Made by a program: the position numbers and the translations under genes. The notes beneath the pieces were generated by a model. The model searched no databases. It had not been told where the DNA came from and saw nothing but the letters and a program-made list of their open reading frames with translations. From assembly GCA_034178685.1 (NCBI GenBank), contig JAXFQZ010000179.1, positions 1 to 62,102 of the forward strand: 62,102 nucleotides of DNA. The letters run 5' to 3'. Shown in pieces: positions 9,095-19,078 of this stretch (position 1 is the first letter of the stretch; the number at the start of each line of letters is the position of its first letter). This DNA is from Candidatus Ornithospirochaeta sp. (GTDB lineage: Bacteria > Spirochaetota > Spirochaetia > Sphaerochaetales > Sphaerochaetaceae).

Positions 9095-11995
9095 TCAGAA
9101 CGGAAGGCTTTTGGAAACGAACGGATGCGCAGACCCTGAGACAGCCGATCTATCCGATATCACAGCAAGGCTGTATTCCCCTTGATCAAGGCGCCTCAGG
9201 AATCTCGCTCTCGAGGATTCAAGGTCCTCTACCGTAAGAGACAGAAGAAGGTCCCTGTTCCGCTGCCTCAGATCATCAGAGAACGCAAAGACGATCCTTC
9301 TTATGTCTATCAGGGCCCTCGATGATGGAGAGACCGACCTGACATCCTGGGAAAGGACCCTGAGCTTTGCATTGACAAGCGCAGTGCTGTCTATCGTCTC
9401 ATCCCTTAGGGCCTTGGAAAAGCCTGAGATAGTGGCATCGAGCCTCGGATCGCGGTATGAATAGAAGGACCAGGTACGCTCTATGGGATCCACGAATGCA
9501 CCTGCGCCATATGCGCCTCCATTTCCTCTTATCTCGTTCCAGAGCGATGATGATGTCATATGTATCGAAAGAAGCTTGTCGGCACTGGCATCCCTGTCCA
9601 TGTAGCTGCCGCTTCTTCCAGCAAGACCGATGTAGGAGACTGAAGACGAGAGAGTGTATGCCTGGAGGCTCTCAAGGGAAGGAAGCTCATGCATAGCCGA
9701 TCCGCAGCCATCGCCCTCCGGAAGCCGGGACATGAAATACTCCGCTGCAGACACAGCCTGCTCCATATCATCATCCTCTGCTGCGACATGGATCATGGCG
9801 CGCCTGGAGCATATGGCTTTTTTCTTAACATCAGCAAGAAGCCCTGCTATGCCGTCAAGATCCTCGAGCATATCCTTTGCTGTATACCAGTAGCTTACGC
9901 CGAATAGCCTTTCGCCGATGTACAGCGATGGCGACAATGGGCTCTGTGCAGCGGAAAGCGCGAACGTGTGCCCGTTCTGGATCACTCCTGACTGGAAATC
10001 GGTGATTATATCAAGCAGAGCCGCCTTTATCCTTTCCCTGCTGTCGAGCTTTCCCTCCTCGAATAGCCTCAGGAAGAGATCAAGCCCGCTTCTCTCAAGC
10101 CCTGGAAGGCTCTTGAGCCTGCACACGAGATAAACCTTCTCATTCCCGTTTATATCCGCACCTGACTCTATGTAGAAGGCATATCCTCCGGACACGAACC
10201 TCAGAGCCGTAGAGAACTCAGAGTAGTCCATATCGCCCACATCGCACATGTTCATCAGCCTTGAATAGAGATTCATGGCATCGAGCTCCCTGTAATCGAA
10301 GTCGGAAATATCGAATATGATGTCTGTATAGACGACTCCTCCCGTAAGGATGGGGCATCTGACAACGCTCCCTTCTGAAACATGGCCTATTGTATCGATC
10401 CTGTTTGGAAGGTCCTCCAGGCCGATGCTCGGAAGCCTTGAGACAGCATCCTCATCATCATCCTCTTCCTGGAATGCCTCGAATGCCTTCTCCTCATCCT
10501 GGCTGTATTCAGCCTTCCTCTCATCAAGAGCCTTTGAGATCTCCTCCTCAACCCTCCTGCTGTTGTCTGCATCCATGGCTACTACCGTCAGGAGCCTATG
10601 GCTGTTATTTATGAGGTTCTTCTCTATCCAGTGCTCGAAGAACAGGGGATCGTCCTCCCAGAGCTTCCTTATGTCCCTTATCATCCTCTTCGTGTCGAGC
10701 ATCGTGTATGGGTCCTTCCCGTACAGCCAGCACTTCTCGACCTTGAACATAGCCCTCATGCCCTGGGGAATGCCTCCCGGGATCTCGAGGGTAGAGAACT
10801 CCATCCTCCTTATCGAGGCCTCGATTGCCTTCTTATCAAGGCCATCCCTGACTATGCCAGACAGAGCAGAGAGGATGAAGGACTCGATTCTCTCGGCATT
10901 CCTCTCATCGGCGCCTGAGAAGCCGACCCCGAATGAGAGCTCCCTGAACTCATTGCTCATACCGCTCTCGCTTGAGAGGCTCTCTCCAAGATCCGAATCG
11001 GATATCGCCTTGTACAGCGGGCACCCGGGTGAACCGAGGAGCATATCGACGATAAGCGAGAGTATCGTGCTCTCAAGGCGCGATGAATTGTCGCCAAGGA
11101 GCCATGATACGACCACAGATGATGAGTCCTGCCCATCCTCTGCATTCGATGAAAGCCTTATCCTCCTAGGCTTATCCCAGCGCTCTGTGAGACCCACGCG
11201 CTCGGCCTTCTTCCCTCCATCCCTTCCTGAAAGGTACTGGCTATCGAGAATCGAGAGCTTCTCCTCTATATCCATATCTCCATAGAGGAAGAGCACCATG
11301 TTCTCCGGGACATAGTATTTCCTGAAGGCAGAGAGGAACTCGCCGTATGTAAGCCTGCAGATCTCGCGGGCATCCCCTCCTGATTCGTACCTGTATGGAG
11401 AGTCCTCTGCGAAAAGTCCTCTCGTCATTGCCGAATTGAGCACGGATTCATGCTGCGACATATCACCCAGCATCTCAGAGAACACGACGCCCTCGAAATG
11501 CAATCCGCCATCTGATGATATCCTTATTCCCTCCTGCTCGAAGGACTCCTTCCTCAACAGAGGGGAGAAGACGGCATCCGTATACACAAGGAAGATGTTA
11601 TCGAGATCCTTCTCAACCATGCTTGCCGCCGGGTAATACGTCCTGTCTACACTCGTAAGCGCATTCAGGAATGTATTCGGGCTGTTCTTGACCATTGCCA
11701 TGAAAGGATCCTTGACAGGATAGCGCTCGCTTCCCGTAAGGACTGTATGCTCGATTATATGGAAGATTCCCCTGCTGTTTGCTGGCGGTGTGTACACAAG
11801 GTATGAGAAGAAGCATTCCCTATCGCTGTTCTCGATGAAGAACACCTCGAAGCCTGTCTTCCCATGCCTGAGAAGATAACCTGTTCCCTTGTAGTCAGGA
11901 ACATCCCTGACATCCATTACCCTGAATCCAGAAACAACATCGCCAATACCGTATCGCATAGGAATAAGATAGCTTTTCATCCATTGATTTGGCAA
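9095..11995 (-). CDS. Large M16-family (insulinase/PreP-like) zinc metallopeptidase
   Basis: 966 aa. Inverted zinc motif HIIEHTVLTGSERYP (HxxEH) near the N-terminus, and the four-domain length typical of PreP/Cym1-like M16C enzymes. The ORF-track start is a TTG. The true start is uncertain, with in-frame ATGs at 11980 and 11959. Confidence 0.85.
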   Translation of the reverse strand: MPNQWMKSYLIPMRYGIGDVVSGFRVMDVRDVPDYKGTGYLLRHGKTGFEVFFIENSDRECFFSYLVYTPPANSRGIFHIIEHTVLTGSERYPVKDPFMAMVKNSPNTFLNALTSVDRTYYPAASMVEKDLDNIFLVYTDAVFSPLLRKESFEQEGIRISSDGGLHFEGVVFSEMLGDMSQHESVLNSAMTRGLFAEDSPYRYESGGDAREICRLTYGEFLSAFRKYYVPENMVLFLYGDMDIEEKLSILDSQYLSGRDGGKKAERVGLTERWDKPRRIRLSSNAEDGQDSSSVVVSWLLGDNSSRLESTILSLIVDMLLGSPGCPLYKAISDSDLGESLSSESGMSNEFRELSFGVGFSGADERNAERIESFILSALSGIVRDGLDKKAIEASIRRMEFSTLEIPGGIPQGMRAMFKVEKCWLYGKDPYTMLDTKRMIRDIRKLWEDDPLFFEHWIEKNLINNSHRLLTVVAMDADNSRRVEEEISKALDERKAEYSQDEEKAFEAFQEEDDDEDAVSRLPSIGLEDLPNRIDTIGHVSEGSVVRCPILTGGVVYTDIIFDISDFDYRELDAMNLYSRLMNMCDVGDMDYSEFSTALRFVSGGYAFYIESGADINGNEKVYLVCRLKSLPGLERSGLDLFLRLFEEGKLDSRERIKAALLDIITDFQSGVIQNGHTFALSAAQSPLSPSLYIGERLFGVSYWYTAKDMLEDLDGIAGLLADVKKKAICSRRAMIHVAAEDDDMEQAVSAAEYFMSRLPEGDGCGSAMHELPSLESLQAYTLSSSVSYIGLAGRSGSYMDRDASADKLLSIHMTSSSLWNEIRGNGGAYGAGAFVDPIERTWSFYSYRDPRLDATISGFSKALRDETIDSTALVNAKLRVLSQDVRSVSPSSRALIDIRRIVFAFSDDLRQRNRDLLLSLTVEDLESSRARFLRRLDQGEYSLAVISDRSAVSGSAHPFVSKSLPF

Positions 11996-12034
11996 TCTAT
12001 TGCTTCCTGCAGCAAAAACAATTAACGTTTACGT

Positions 12035-12862
12035 ATGCTTTATATAGGTCCACATGTTTCCATTTCAGGAGGCATAAGCCTTGCAACCGACAGAGCAAGG
12101 CTTCTCAATGCCACGGGATTCGCAATATTCACAAAGAACCAGAGGATATGGAAATGCCCTCCTCTGTCAAAGGATGATGCTGCTGCTTTCAGGAAGAGCC
12201 TTGCCGAGTATGGCTTCAGCCCATCATCGATACTCCCGCACGCAGGCTATCTCATCAATCCGGCAACCCCGGATGCAGAGCTTAGGAAAAAGTCACTCGA
12301 TCTGATGGCAGATGAGGCAGGAAGGATGATGGAGCTAGGGCTTTCGACTATCAACATACACCCTGGCGCATACAAGGAAGGATCGAGAGAGGATGGAATG
12401 AAGCGCTCAGCCGCATTCTTCGATGAGATCCTCACCTCCTTCCCTGAATTAAGAATAGCAATAGAAAATACTTCCGGTTCCGGAACGATTCTTGGTTCCA
12501 TATTTGAAGAATTAGCTGAGATCCTCGATAACGCAGAGCATAAAGACAGGATAGGCTTCACACTCGACACAGCCCATCTCTTCGGAGCAGGGTACGATGT
12601 CAAAAGCGATCCAGACAAGGTTCTCGATGCCTTCATGTCCCTCTTCGGAGAGGAGAAGCTCATGGGAATGCATCTGAATGACTCCAAGGTCCCGCTTGAT
12701 TCGAAGAAGGACAGGCATGAATCGATAGGCAAAGGCCTGATCGGGCTCGATGCATTCAAGGCGATAGTAAGGCGCAGCGAAGTGCAGGACAGGCCTCTTA
12801 TACTCGAGACTCCTGACGAAAGCGCATGGAAGGACGAGATAGATGAGCTTCTTGGCAGATGA
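12035..12862 (+). CDS. nfo: Endonuclease IV (AP endonuclease)
   Basis: 275 aa. MLYIGPHVSISGG..., LPHAGYLINP, NIHPGAY, IAIENTSG, LDTAHLFGAGYD, HLNDSK are canonical Nfo TIM-barrel metal-binding motifs. Confidence 0.9.
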   Translation: MLYIGPHVSISGGISLATDRARLLNATGFAIFTKNQRIWKCPPLSKDDAAAFRKSLAEYGFSPSSILPHAGYLINPATPDAELRKKSLDLMADEAGRMMELGLSTINIHPGAYKEGSREDGMKRSAAFFDEILTSFPELRIAIENTSGSGTILGSIFEELAEILDNAEHKDRIGFTLDTAHLFGAGYDVKSDPDKVLDAFMSLFGEEKLMGMHLNDSKVPLDSKKDRHESIGKGLIGLDAFKAIVRRSEVQDRPLILETPDESAWKDEIDELLGR

Positions 12863-13571
12863 CAGGATACTGGTGCTAGGGCACAGGGGCGAGAGCTTCA
12901 GGGCAACGGAGAACACGATAAAGAGCTATGAGTGGGCGCTCAAGGACGGTGCAGACGGAGTCGAGCTCGATGTCCATATCACAAAGGACGGAAAGCTTGC
13001 CGTGATACACGACTTCAGCACGAAGCGCGTCTTCGGGGTAGAGAGGAACGTGGAGGAGCTTACCATGGCAGAGCTGAAGGGAATCTCCCCAGAGATCCCT
13101 GAGCTTGGGGAGGTCTTCGATGCGCTAGGCGATGTCTTCTACGATATAGAGATCAAGGCAAACATCAGATATGACAGAAGAGTGGTAGAGGTCCTCAGCA
13201 GAACACTCTCAGAGCGAAGCGGCCTCAATCACATCCTGGTATCCTCATTCAATCCTCTTGCGATGCGCGCTTTCTCAAAGGAAAGCAGAGGCAGATACCC
13301 GATGGCAATCATATACGACGGGCCTCCGACAACGGTTCCTCGAGTACTGCAGCATGGTCAGGGAAGGCTGTTCTTCCCCTGCTCATTCCTGAAGCCGAAG
13401 GCAGACATAGCGAGGGAGGAGGCAAGGCGTCACCCGGGGTGGAGCCTCATACCATGGAATGCAGACACAGAGAAAGACCTTGAGACAGCTTTGGCATGCG
13501 GAGCTAAGGCCCTGATCACAAACAGGACCGACATCATTGTCAGAGCTTTGAAAGAAGCAGGCCTGCGATGA
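12843..13571 (+). CDS. Glycerophosphodiester phosphodiesterase (GDPD family)
   Basis: 242 aa. LGHRGESFRATENTIKSYEWALKDGADGVELDVHITKDGKLAVIHD is the GDPD signature. Overlaps nfo by 20 nt. Confidence 0.85.
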   Translation: MSFLADDRILVLGHRGESFRATENTIKSYEWALKDGADGVELDVHITKDGKLAVIHDFSTKRVFGVERNVEELTMAELKGISPEIPELGEVFDALGDVFYDIEIKANIRYDRRVVEVLSRTLSERSGLNHILVSSFNPLAMRAFSKESRGRYPMAIIYDGPPTTVPRVLQHGQGRLFFPCSFLKPKADIAREEARRHPGWSLIPWNADTEKDLETALACGAKALITNRTDIIVRALKEAGLR

Positions 13572-14907
13572 CCTTTGTCTCCTCTATTATCGCTTCGCGC
13601 TCAGCATCCTCTGATGTGCTGCCCTTTCCGACAGCGAATGAGTTATCGTAGAAGACAGTAGCGCCGGTAAACGCATCGATAGCGGCAAGCCTTCCTTCCG
13701 CTCTCACGTACTGATCAAGGTAACCAGGCTTTGAATCGACTATTCCGAGCCTCACGACGATTATGCAGCGCTTATCCGGATATGAGGAGAGCAGGTCCTG
13801 GAGGATCTCTTCCTCCTCATCCCCCTCTCCTGCAACGACGAACGAGGAGTCTATGCCGAGCTTTTCGAGGTATCCGCAGAAGACATCTCGCGACTGGGAA
13901 GAATCGATCTGGTTTCCCTTCATATCATATACAGCAATGCCAAGGACCGCTGATGATGTATCGAACGCTCCATCATCATGGTAGTCGTATCCGATCGACT
14001 TCTGATCAATCATGCTGTAAAGAGGCTCAAGGAAATCCTTCCCTGCCTTCTCCTCTATGCTCTTGATCAATGTGCTGTCGAAGGAGAATGAGAATCTCAC
14101 GGTTCCATCCCTGAACATAAATGGGTTTGTCTTCCTGAACCTGAATGAACCGTCATCTCCCGTGCTGGAGAGAAGGTAATCATCGGAATCCTCTCCTGTA
14201 AGGGTCACTGCAGCATACTCTGCCTTTACGATTGCATCCTTCACTCCTGGATGGAATGGCCCCTTTGTCCTTTTCACATAGACCATCACATCCACGCTCT
14301 CCTGGCTTTCCTTACTTGTCGACAGCTCCAGGCTGCCAATGTATTCAAGTGCCCTACCAAGGAGGGAAGACGGGGAATAATCCTCATTTACCACTTTGCC
14401 GGAGAGGGAAGCATCAAGCGCGCTCAGAATCGACTCTATGGCCTTCGTATCCCTGTTTTCCTTGTAGTAATCCATCGCCTGCGAAAGCCTATCCTCGATC
14501 TGGTCCTCACGGGCAAGTATCTCACGGTACTCTGCTGTCCTGTTCCTGTAGAACCTCTGCTCAGGCGTGACGGAGAGAGCATAGTACGAATAGGATCCGT
14601 TCTCGCTTCTGGTGAAGGAATCCCTGATCACGGTTCCGAATTCTGAAATCCTGTCAGTATTGACCATCTCCCTGTAAAAGAGCGAAACGACGTCGTAGCC
14701 AAGGTCCCTCGACATCTTCTCCAGGATATCCCTGTAGCATTCAGCCCTTGCAGATGAGAGATCCGGACCATGGCCTTCGCCTACAAATACAGCTGAGCCT
14801 ATGACGCTAGGTGTCTCCCTGAGCCATGAAGGATCCTCAGCATCCTTCATGGTTGCGCAGGAGACAAGAGCGAAGAGAACAAGCAGGAATGGAACGATTC
14901 TTCTCAA
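13540..14907 (-). CDS. Uncharacterised lipoprotein (455 aa)
   Basis: Signal peptide with lipobox MRRIVPFLLVLFALVSC. TTG start with a strong SD (GGGAGGTGA) and a 2-nt overlap with the upstream stop. No catalytic motif recognised. The C-terminal about 120 aa look like a small alpha/beta periplasmic domain. Confidence 0.6.
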   Translation of the reverse strand: MRRIVPFLLVLFALVSCATMKDAEDPSWLRETPSVIGSAVFVGEGHGPDLSSARAECYRDILEKMSRDLGYDVVSLFYREMVNTDRISEFGTVIRDSFTRSENGSYSYYALSVTPEQRFYRNRTAEYREILAREDQIEDRLSQAMDYYKENRDTKAIESILSALDASLSGKVVNEDYSPSSLLGRALEYIGSLELSTSKESQESVDVMVYVKRTKGPFHPGVKDAIVKAEYAAVTLTGEDSDDYLLSSTGDDGSFRFRKTNPFMFRDGTVRFSFSFDSTLIKSIEEKAGKDFLEPLYSMIDQKSIGYDYHDDGAFDTSSAVLGIAVYDMKGNQIDSSQSRDVFCGYLEKLGIDSSFVVAGEGDEEEEILQDLLSSYPDKRCIIVVRLGIVDSKPGYLDQYVRAEGRLAAIDAFTGATVFYDNSFAVGKGSTSEDAEREAIIEETKVIAGLLLSKL

Positions 14908-15851
14908 AACTCACCTCCCAATGAAACCATGAAGCCGTGCTTCCCTTCCATCCTGTACTGGTATCCCAGGCGGTAGAAGAAGAAAGGCAGCGCTCTATGC
15001 TCATAGAATAGCGAATACTCGGAGGAGATGGCAAATCCTCCCTTGCTGTAACCTGCGAGAATCAGTGCCCTTGCTCCGATGCGTCCTTCCTCAATAAGAG
15101 TGAATGATGTCCTGAAAACCCTGGAAAGCGATAGATATCCCTCGATTCCCACTCCTCCGAATATGCTGAAATACCCAGATGAATAGGAAGCAGAGACACT
15201 TATGATAGGCACGAGGGGGTAAATCAGATCGGTTCTGCCAAGGCTGATGCACGCCTCGAAGCTACCGAACGGGATCGATGCACTCACAGATCCATCGACC
15301 ATCCAGCTTCCCCTGTTCTCCAGCCTCATCCCAGGAAACGGCTTATTCAGGTAAAGAGGCGATAGAAGCACTGCATCATCATAGGATGAGCCTGCTTCGA
15401 ATACACCCCTTGTCCTTCCATCAAGATCCACTGCCGCAACCCTCTTCCCGGGCCTCATGGAGCCAAGCGTTATGGATGAGTATGAATCCCTGTAGATGTA
15501 ATCAAGAGTAGGAACATCGGCAGAACCAGGCTCTGAGATATAGAAGAATGCATCCTGTATCCCTTTATCAATATCCTCAAGGAATGCCTTTCTTCCCCTT
15601 CCGAATGCCTCGATCCTTATGCTGCGCTCCTCATGCTGTATGACGAACGAGGAAGAGAAGGCATCATCCATGCTCTCCTCGCTGTAGGATGCAACGCTGA
15701 AGCCAGCATCGATTCTGCCCTCCGAAATCCTTCCGAGGCTTTCTTCAATAGCTCTCCGCGAGTCCTCAGGAACCGTATCAGGAAAGACGACGGCGGCGAA
15801 CAGCCATGGAATGGAAATCATGAATGCAAGGATAAGCGAAAGCCTCTTCAT
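14904..15851 (-). CDS. Uncharacterised secreted protein with predicted C-terminal beta-barrel (OMP-like)
   Basis: Signal peptide MKRLSLILAFMISIPWLFA. The C-terminal half has alternating hydrophobic/aromatic beta-strand patterning and ends ...GFMVSLGGEF, an OMP-type beta-signal with terminal Phe. ATG at 15851 has AGGA 7 nt upstream. Confidence 0.55.
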   Translation of the reverse strand: MKRLSLILAFMISIPWLFAAVVFPDTVPEDSRRAIEESLGRISEGRIDAGFSVASYSEESMDDAFSSSFVIQHEERSIRIEAFGRGRKAFLEDIDKGIQDAFFYISEPGSADVPTLDYIYRDSYSSITLGSMRPGKRVAAVDLDGRTRGVFEAGSSYDDAVLLSPLYLNKPFPGMRLENRGSWMVDGSVSASIPFGSFEACISLGRTDLIYPLVPIISVSASYSSGYFSIFGGVGIEGYLSLSRVFRTSFTLIEEGRIGARALILAGYSKGGFAISSEYSLFYEHRALPFFFYRLGYQYRMEGKHGFMVSLGGEF

Positions 15852-15860
15852 CAAGCGATC

Positions 15861-17081
15861 CTATTCTGCGAAATACCCTATGATCCCGAGCACGAGGTTA
15901 GCGCTTGAGTTCATGGCATCGACAGAGACCCATTCATGGAGCGAATGGAGATTATGGCCTCCTGTGTAGAGATTCGGGCAGGAGACTCCCTTCTCAGCAA
16001 GCCTTGCTCCGTCCGTTCCTCCGCGTATGATGCTCTCCTCCATATCGATTCCGAGGGCCTTTCCAGTCTCGAAGACAGCAGACTTTGCCTTTGGATTGCT
16101 CCTGTTGGCCTCTACCATGTTCCTATAGGAGATATGCGTCTTTATTGAGGCCTTTCCCTTGTAGATCATCGCAATCGCCTTAACGACTGCCTCAACGGCA
16201 TCTATTCTCCTCTGGAAGGACTCTCCATCGAAATCCCTTATGATTATCTCCATATCGGCCTTCGCAGCTGTTCCAGAGAGCGAGGTCGGGCAATAGTAGC
16301 CATAGCGTCCATCCGTTGCTTCAGGGCTCTCCGACTGAGGAAGCGATGTGAGGATCCTTGATGCGATCGTGAGGGCATTCACGAGTATTCCCCTAGCAGA
16401 TCCCAGATGGATCGACTCGCCTTCGATCTGGATAGCAATCGATGCGGCATTGAAGCATTCGCACTCGATCTCGCCTTCCCTTCCGCCATCCACTGTATAG
16501 ACAGTCCCGCTGGAGACACTGTCATATGGGAACTCTGCCATTCCGGCTCCTGTCTCCTCATCAGGCGTGAAGTACACTTCTACATCAGGGTGCTTGATCT
16601 CCGGATGCGCGACAAGGTACCTGACTGCTTCCATGATGATCGCAACCCCCGCCTTATCATCAGATCCTAGAAGAGTAGTGCCATCGGATGTTATGATCTC
16701 GCCTCCTACATAGGATGCAAGGTCGGGATTGTCCTCTGCCCTTATGACTGTTCCATTGAGAACAATGTCCTTTCCGTCATACTTAGAGTGAAGAACTGGC
16801 TTTACTCCGTTCCCTGGGACATCGTCAGCTGTATCCACATGTGCCATGAAGCCAACGCTCTCGCCCTCGGCATTTCCCTTCAGGACGCCTCTGACAACGC
16901 GCTCCTTTCCAAAGCATACCTCAAGGCCGAGCTCCTCAAGCTCCTTTGCGAGAGCCTCCAGAAGGACCACCTGACCATCTGTGGTTGGTCTTTTCACTCC
17001 GACCTGCGATGGGTCGCTCATCGTGTCGAATGCCGCATATCCAAGAAAACTCCTCTTGAGTTCCTCTCTCAAATCAATCAT
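15861..17081 (-). CDS. pepT: Peptidase T (tripeptide aminopeptidase, M20B)
   Basis: FMAHVDTADDV, LGSDDKAGVA, FTPDEETG, GGTDGA are M20 metal-ligand motifs. Start at ATG 17081, with AGGAG 7 nt upstream. The ORF-track start is 17117. Confidence 0.9.
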   Translation of the reverse strand: MIDLREELKRSFLGYAAFDTMSDPSQVGVKRPTTDGQVVLLEALAKELEELGLEVCFGKERVVRGVLKGNAEGESVGFMAHVDTADDVPGNGVKPVLHSKYDGKDIVLNGTVIRAEDNPDLASYVGGEIITSDGTTLLGSDDKAGVAIIMEAVRYLVAHPEIKHPDVEVYFTPDEETGAGMAEFPYDSVSSGTVYTVDGGREGEIECECFNAASIAIQIEGESIHLGSARGILVNALTIASRILTSLPQSESPEATDGRYGYYCPTSLSGTAAKADMEIIIRDFDGESFQRRIDAVEAVVKAIAMIYKGKASIKTHISYRNMVEANRSNPKAKSAVFETGKALGIDMEESIIRGGTDGARLAEKGVSCPNLYTGGHNLHSLHEWVSVDAMNSSANLVLGIIGYFAE

Positions 17082-17163
17082 TGCAAATCTCCTAAGCATG
17101 AGCATGTCTTCATGCACTACGATAATGAGTATTGCATAAAGACATGGAATGGTGAAGAAGAAC

Positions 17164-18006
17164 TCAGATGGAGAAATTGTATTTCTTGAGCATTGGCTTC
17201 ACATCATCGATTATTCCGTAGATCGCGAAGACCGCAAGGATCAGCGCTGTCATTACAGGAGTCTGCGAAATAGCCTTCCCGCTGCTGATCATCGCAGCGG
17301 CTATCGCCCAGTTAGCAGCCGGTTCGGTAGTCACTGAGCTCAGCCAGTCGCTGAACGACTCCTCCTTTTCGGTCAGGCCTTTGTAGTATCCGACTATGGA
17401 CATGATGGATACAGCAAGGATACCTGCCGCTATCGCAACAGCGGATGCTGCTGTCACCTTGCCCCAGAAGACCACATGTGGGATGCATGCATAGACGATC
17501 GCAGCTGTCAGGAGCACAGCGCTCTTTACGACAAGCTTCTGCAGGTCCTTGTAGAACTCCTTCTTCTGCGATGGGGAGAGAGCCCTCGCATAATCCTCTG
17601 CCTCTGTGTAGAGATTCTCCTCAAGCTCCGCTATCCTCGCCTTCACCTCCGCCAGCTCCTCTTCGCTGACAAGGCCCTCGGTTGCGGCAAATACCTCATC
17701 GACGCTTTCATAGGAATCGGTCTTGAGCATGAACTCAAGGTACTTCTCGCCATTCTCCTCTGCCAGCGTCCTTGATGCGATATCATAGCCGGTGCACCCC
17801 TCAAGCGAGCGTGCTTCAGGAAGCTCATCCGATATATACTCCATCACAAGCTCAAGGTTCTCATCGATCATCCTCGAAGAGGCAGAGAGAAGCGCTTCCC
17901 TATCAACAGCCCCAGGGCCTGACTGTGGAAGAGCGCACGATGCGATCATTGCCATGGCCATCATGAGGGCGATTCCCCTCGTTGCCAGATCCTTAGTCCT
18001 TTCCAT
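17164..18006 (-). CDS. Uncharacterised membrane protein: lipoprotein-like N-terminus, coiled-coil middle, about 4 C-terminal TM helices
   Basis: Start at ATG 18006, with GGAGG 5 nt upstream. MERTKDLATRGIALMMAMAMIASC is lipobox-like. There is an acidic helical region (EEELAEVKARIAELEENLY), then hydrophobic segments VLLTAAIVYACIPHVVFW, AVAIAAGILAVSIMSIV, WAIAAAMI and ALILAVFAIYGII. Confidence 0.55.
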   Translation of the reverse strand: MERTKDLATRGIALMMAMAMIASCALPQSGPGAVDREALLSASSRMIDENLELVMEYISDELPEARSLEGCTGYDIASRTLAEENGEKYLEFMLKTDSYESVDEVFAATEGLVSEEELAEVKARIAELEENLYTEAEDYARALSPSQKKEFYKDLQKLVVKSAVLLTAAIVYACIPHVVFWGKVTAASAVAIAAGILAVSIMSIVGYYKGLTEKEESFSDWLSSVTTEPAANWAIAAAMISSGKAISQTPVMTALILAVFAIYGIIDDVKPMLKKYNFSI

Positions 18007-18035
18007 AATTACCTCCATTGCAGCAATACCTGCAC

Positions 18036-18542
18036 TTAGAATTCGAATCCAGCCAGAAGCGAGATCCTGAATCTCCTGTACTGGCCTACGGCATTGCCAA
18101 GCATCGAAAGTTTTCCCTCTTCCTGTGAAAGCGCATCCGTAAACGATATCCTAGGTTCGATGAATGAGTATGGAAATGATATAGTCCAGCCCGCAGAGAC
18201 CTCCGAAAACACCATAAGGCGCTCATCAGGGACATCATATCCCCAGAAATAGCCAAGGCGCAGAAGCGATGCTCCCACAAAGAATCCGCAGTTCTCAAAC
18301 GGGTAGGATGAAATGAAGATGCCTCCTTCGAGAAAGTCAAGGCTATAGGAAACGGAGTGGCTGTAACGCACAGGGAACGACACTCTCAGGTCATTGAACC
18401 TGTACCCTATCTCAGCATCGATCCTCAAGGATCCATACAGAAGGGAATCAAGCGACATGAGGTCTGCAGACACCTGAAAGCCCTTTGCTGAAACAGGAAG
18501 CGATAGCACTGCTGCGATTAAAATAGCCATGATCCTTCTCAT
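18036..18542 (-). CDS. Small secreted beta-barrel-like protein (168 aa, OMP-like)
   Basis: Signal peptide MRRIMAILIAAVLSLPVSA. Alternating aromatic/hydrophobic strands. Ends ...RISLLAGFEF with a C-terminal Phe beta-signal. Confidence 0.55.
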   Translation of the reverse strand: MRRIMAILIAAVLSLPVSAKGFQVSADLMSLDSLLYGSLRIDAEIGYRFNDLRVSFPVRYSHSVSYSLDFLEGGIFISSYPFENCGFFVGASLLRLGYFWGYDVPDERLMVFSEVSAGWTISFPYSFIEPRISFTDALSQEEGKLSMLGNAVGQYRRFRISLLAGFEF

Positions 18543-18601
18543 GGCTACAAATCCTAAGGTGAAATCAGAGTAAGAAAAAGCGGGTAAAAACGGACAGTTG
18601 C

Positions 18602-19078
18602 TCAGTCCCAGCCGAGTGCATGCCTCAGCTCTTCCTCCATCTTCCCGATTCTCTTCGATGTGAACCGCGCCTCTTCGCCGCCCTTCAGGACAAGGAGGAT
18701 GCCATCATGGTACTCATCGACCTTGCCGAGAGTATAGCTATCGATCTGTCCCGAGAGGCATGACCATGATACAGCGATCTTCCCGAATGCGCTCCTTCTC
18801 CTGTAGAAGACGATATCCCCATGCATGACACAGAGCCTTCCCGGCTCAAGCTCCGTCCCCTCCTTGACAATCATGGATGCAGGAAAGGAGAAAAGGCTTC
18901 CCTCGGCACCGGTTTTCCTGATCATCTTCTCCGTGACTACGGATGAGAAGACATAATAGAGAGCCACCAATGCGGCAAGCAGCGGCAGCAGAGGCCAGTA
19001 TATCACGCCTCTGAAGGCTGCAAAGAACACGAAGACTCCGAAAACGATGAGGATCACCAGAAGAACCAGCTGTTTCAT
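18602..19078 (-). CDS. Membrane protein with two N-terminal TM helices and a bacterial PH-like (bPH_2/GRAM-like) domain
   Basis: MKQLVLLVILIVFGVFVFFAAF and WPLLPLLAALVALYYVF, followed by a roughly 100-aa beta-rich domain (GRLCVMHGDIVFYRRR...ILLVLKGGEEARFTS). The ORF-track start at 19129 is a TTG without SD. ATG 19078 is preferred, but the start is uncertain. Confidence 0.5.
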   Translation of the reverse strand: MKQLVLLVILIVFGVFVFFAAFRGVIYWPLLPLLAALVALYYVFSSVVTEKMIRKTGAEGSLFSFPASMIVKEGTELEPGRLCVMHGDIVFYRRRSAFGKIAVSWSCLSGQIDSYTLGKVDEYHDGILLVLKGGEEARFTSKRIGKMEEELRHALGWD

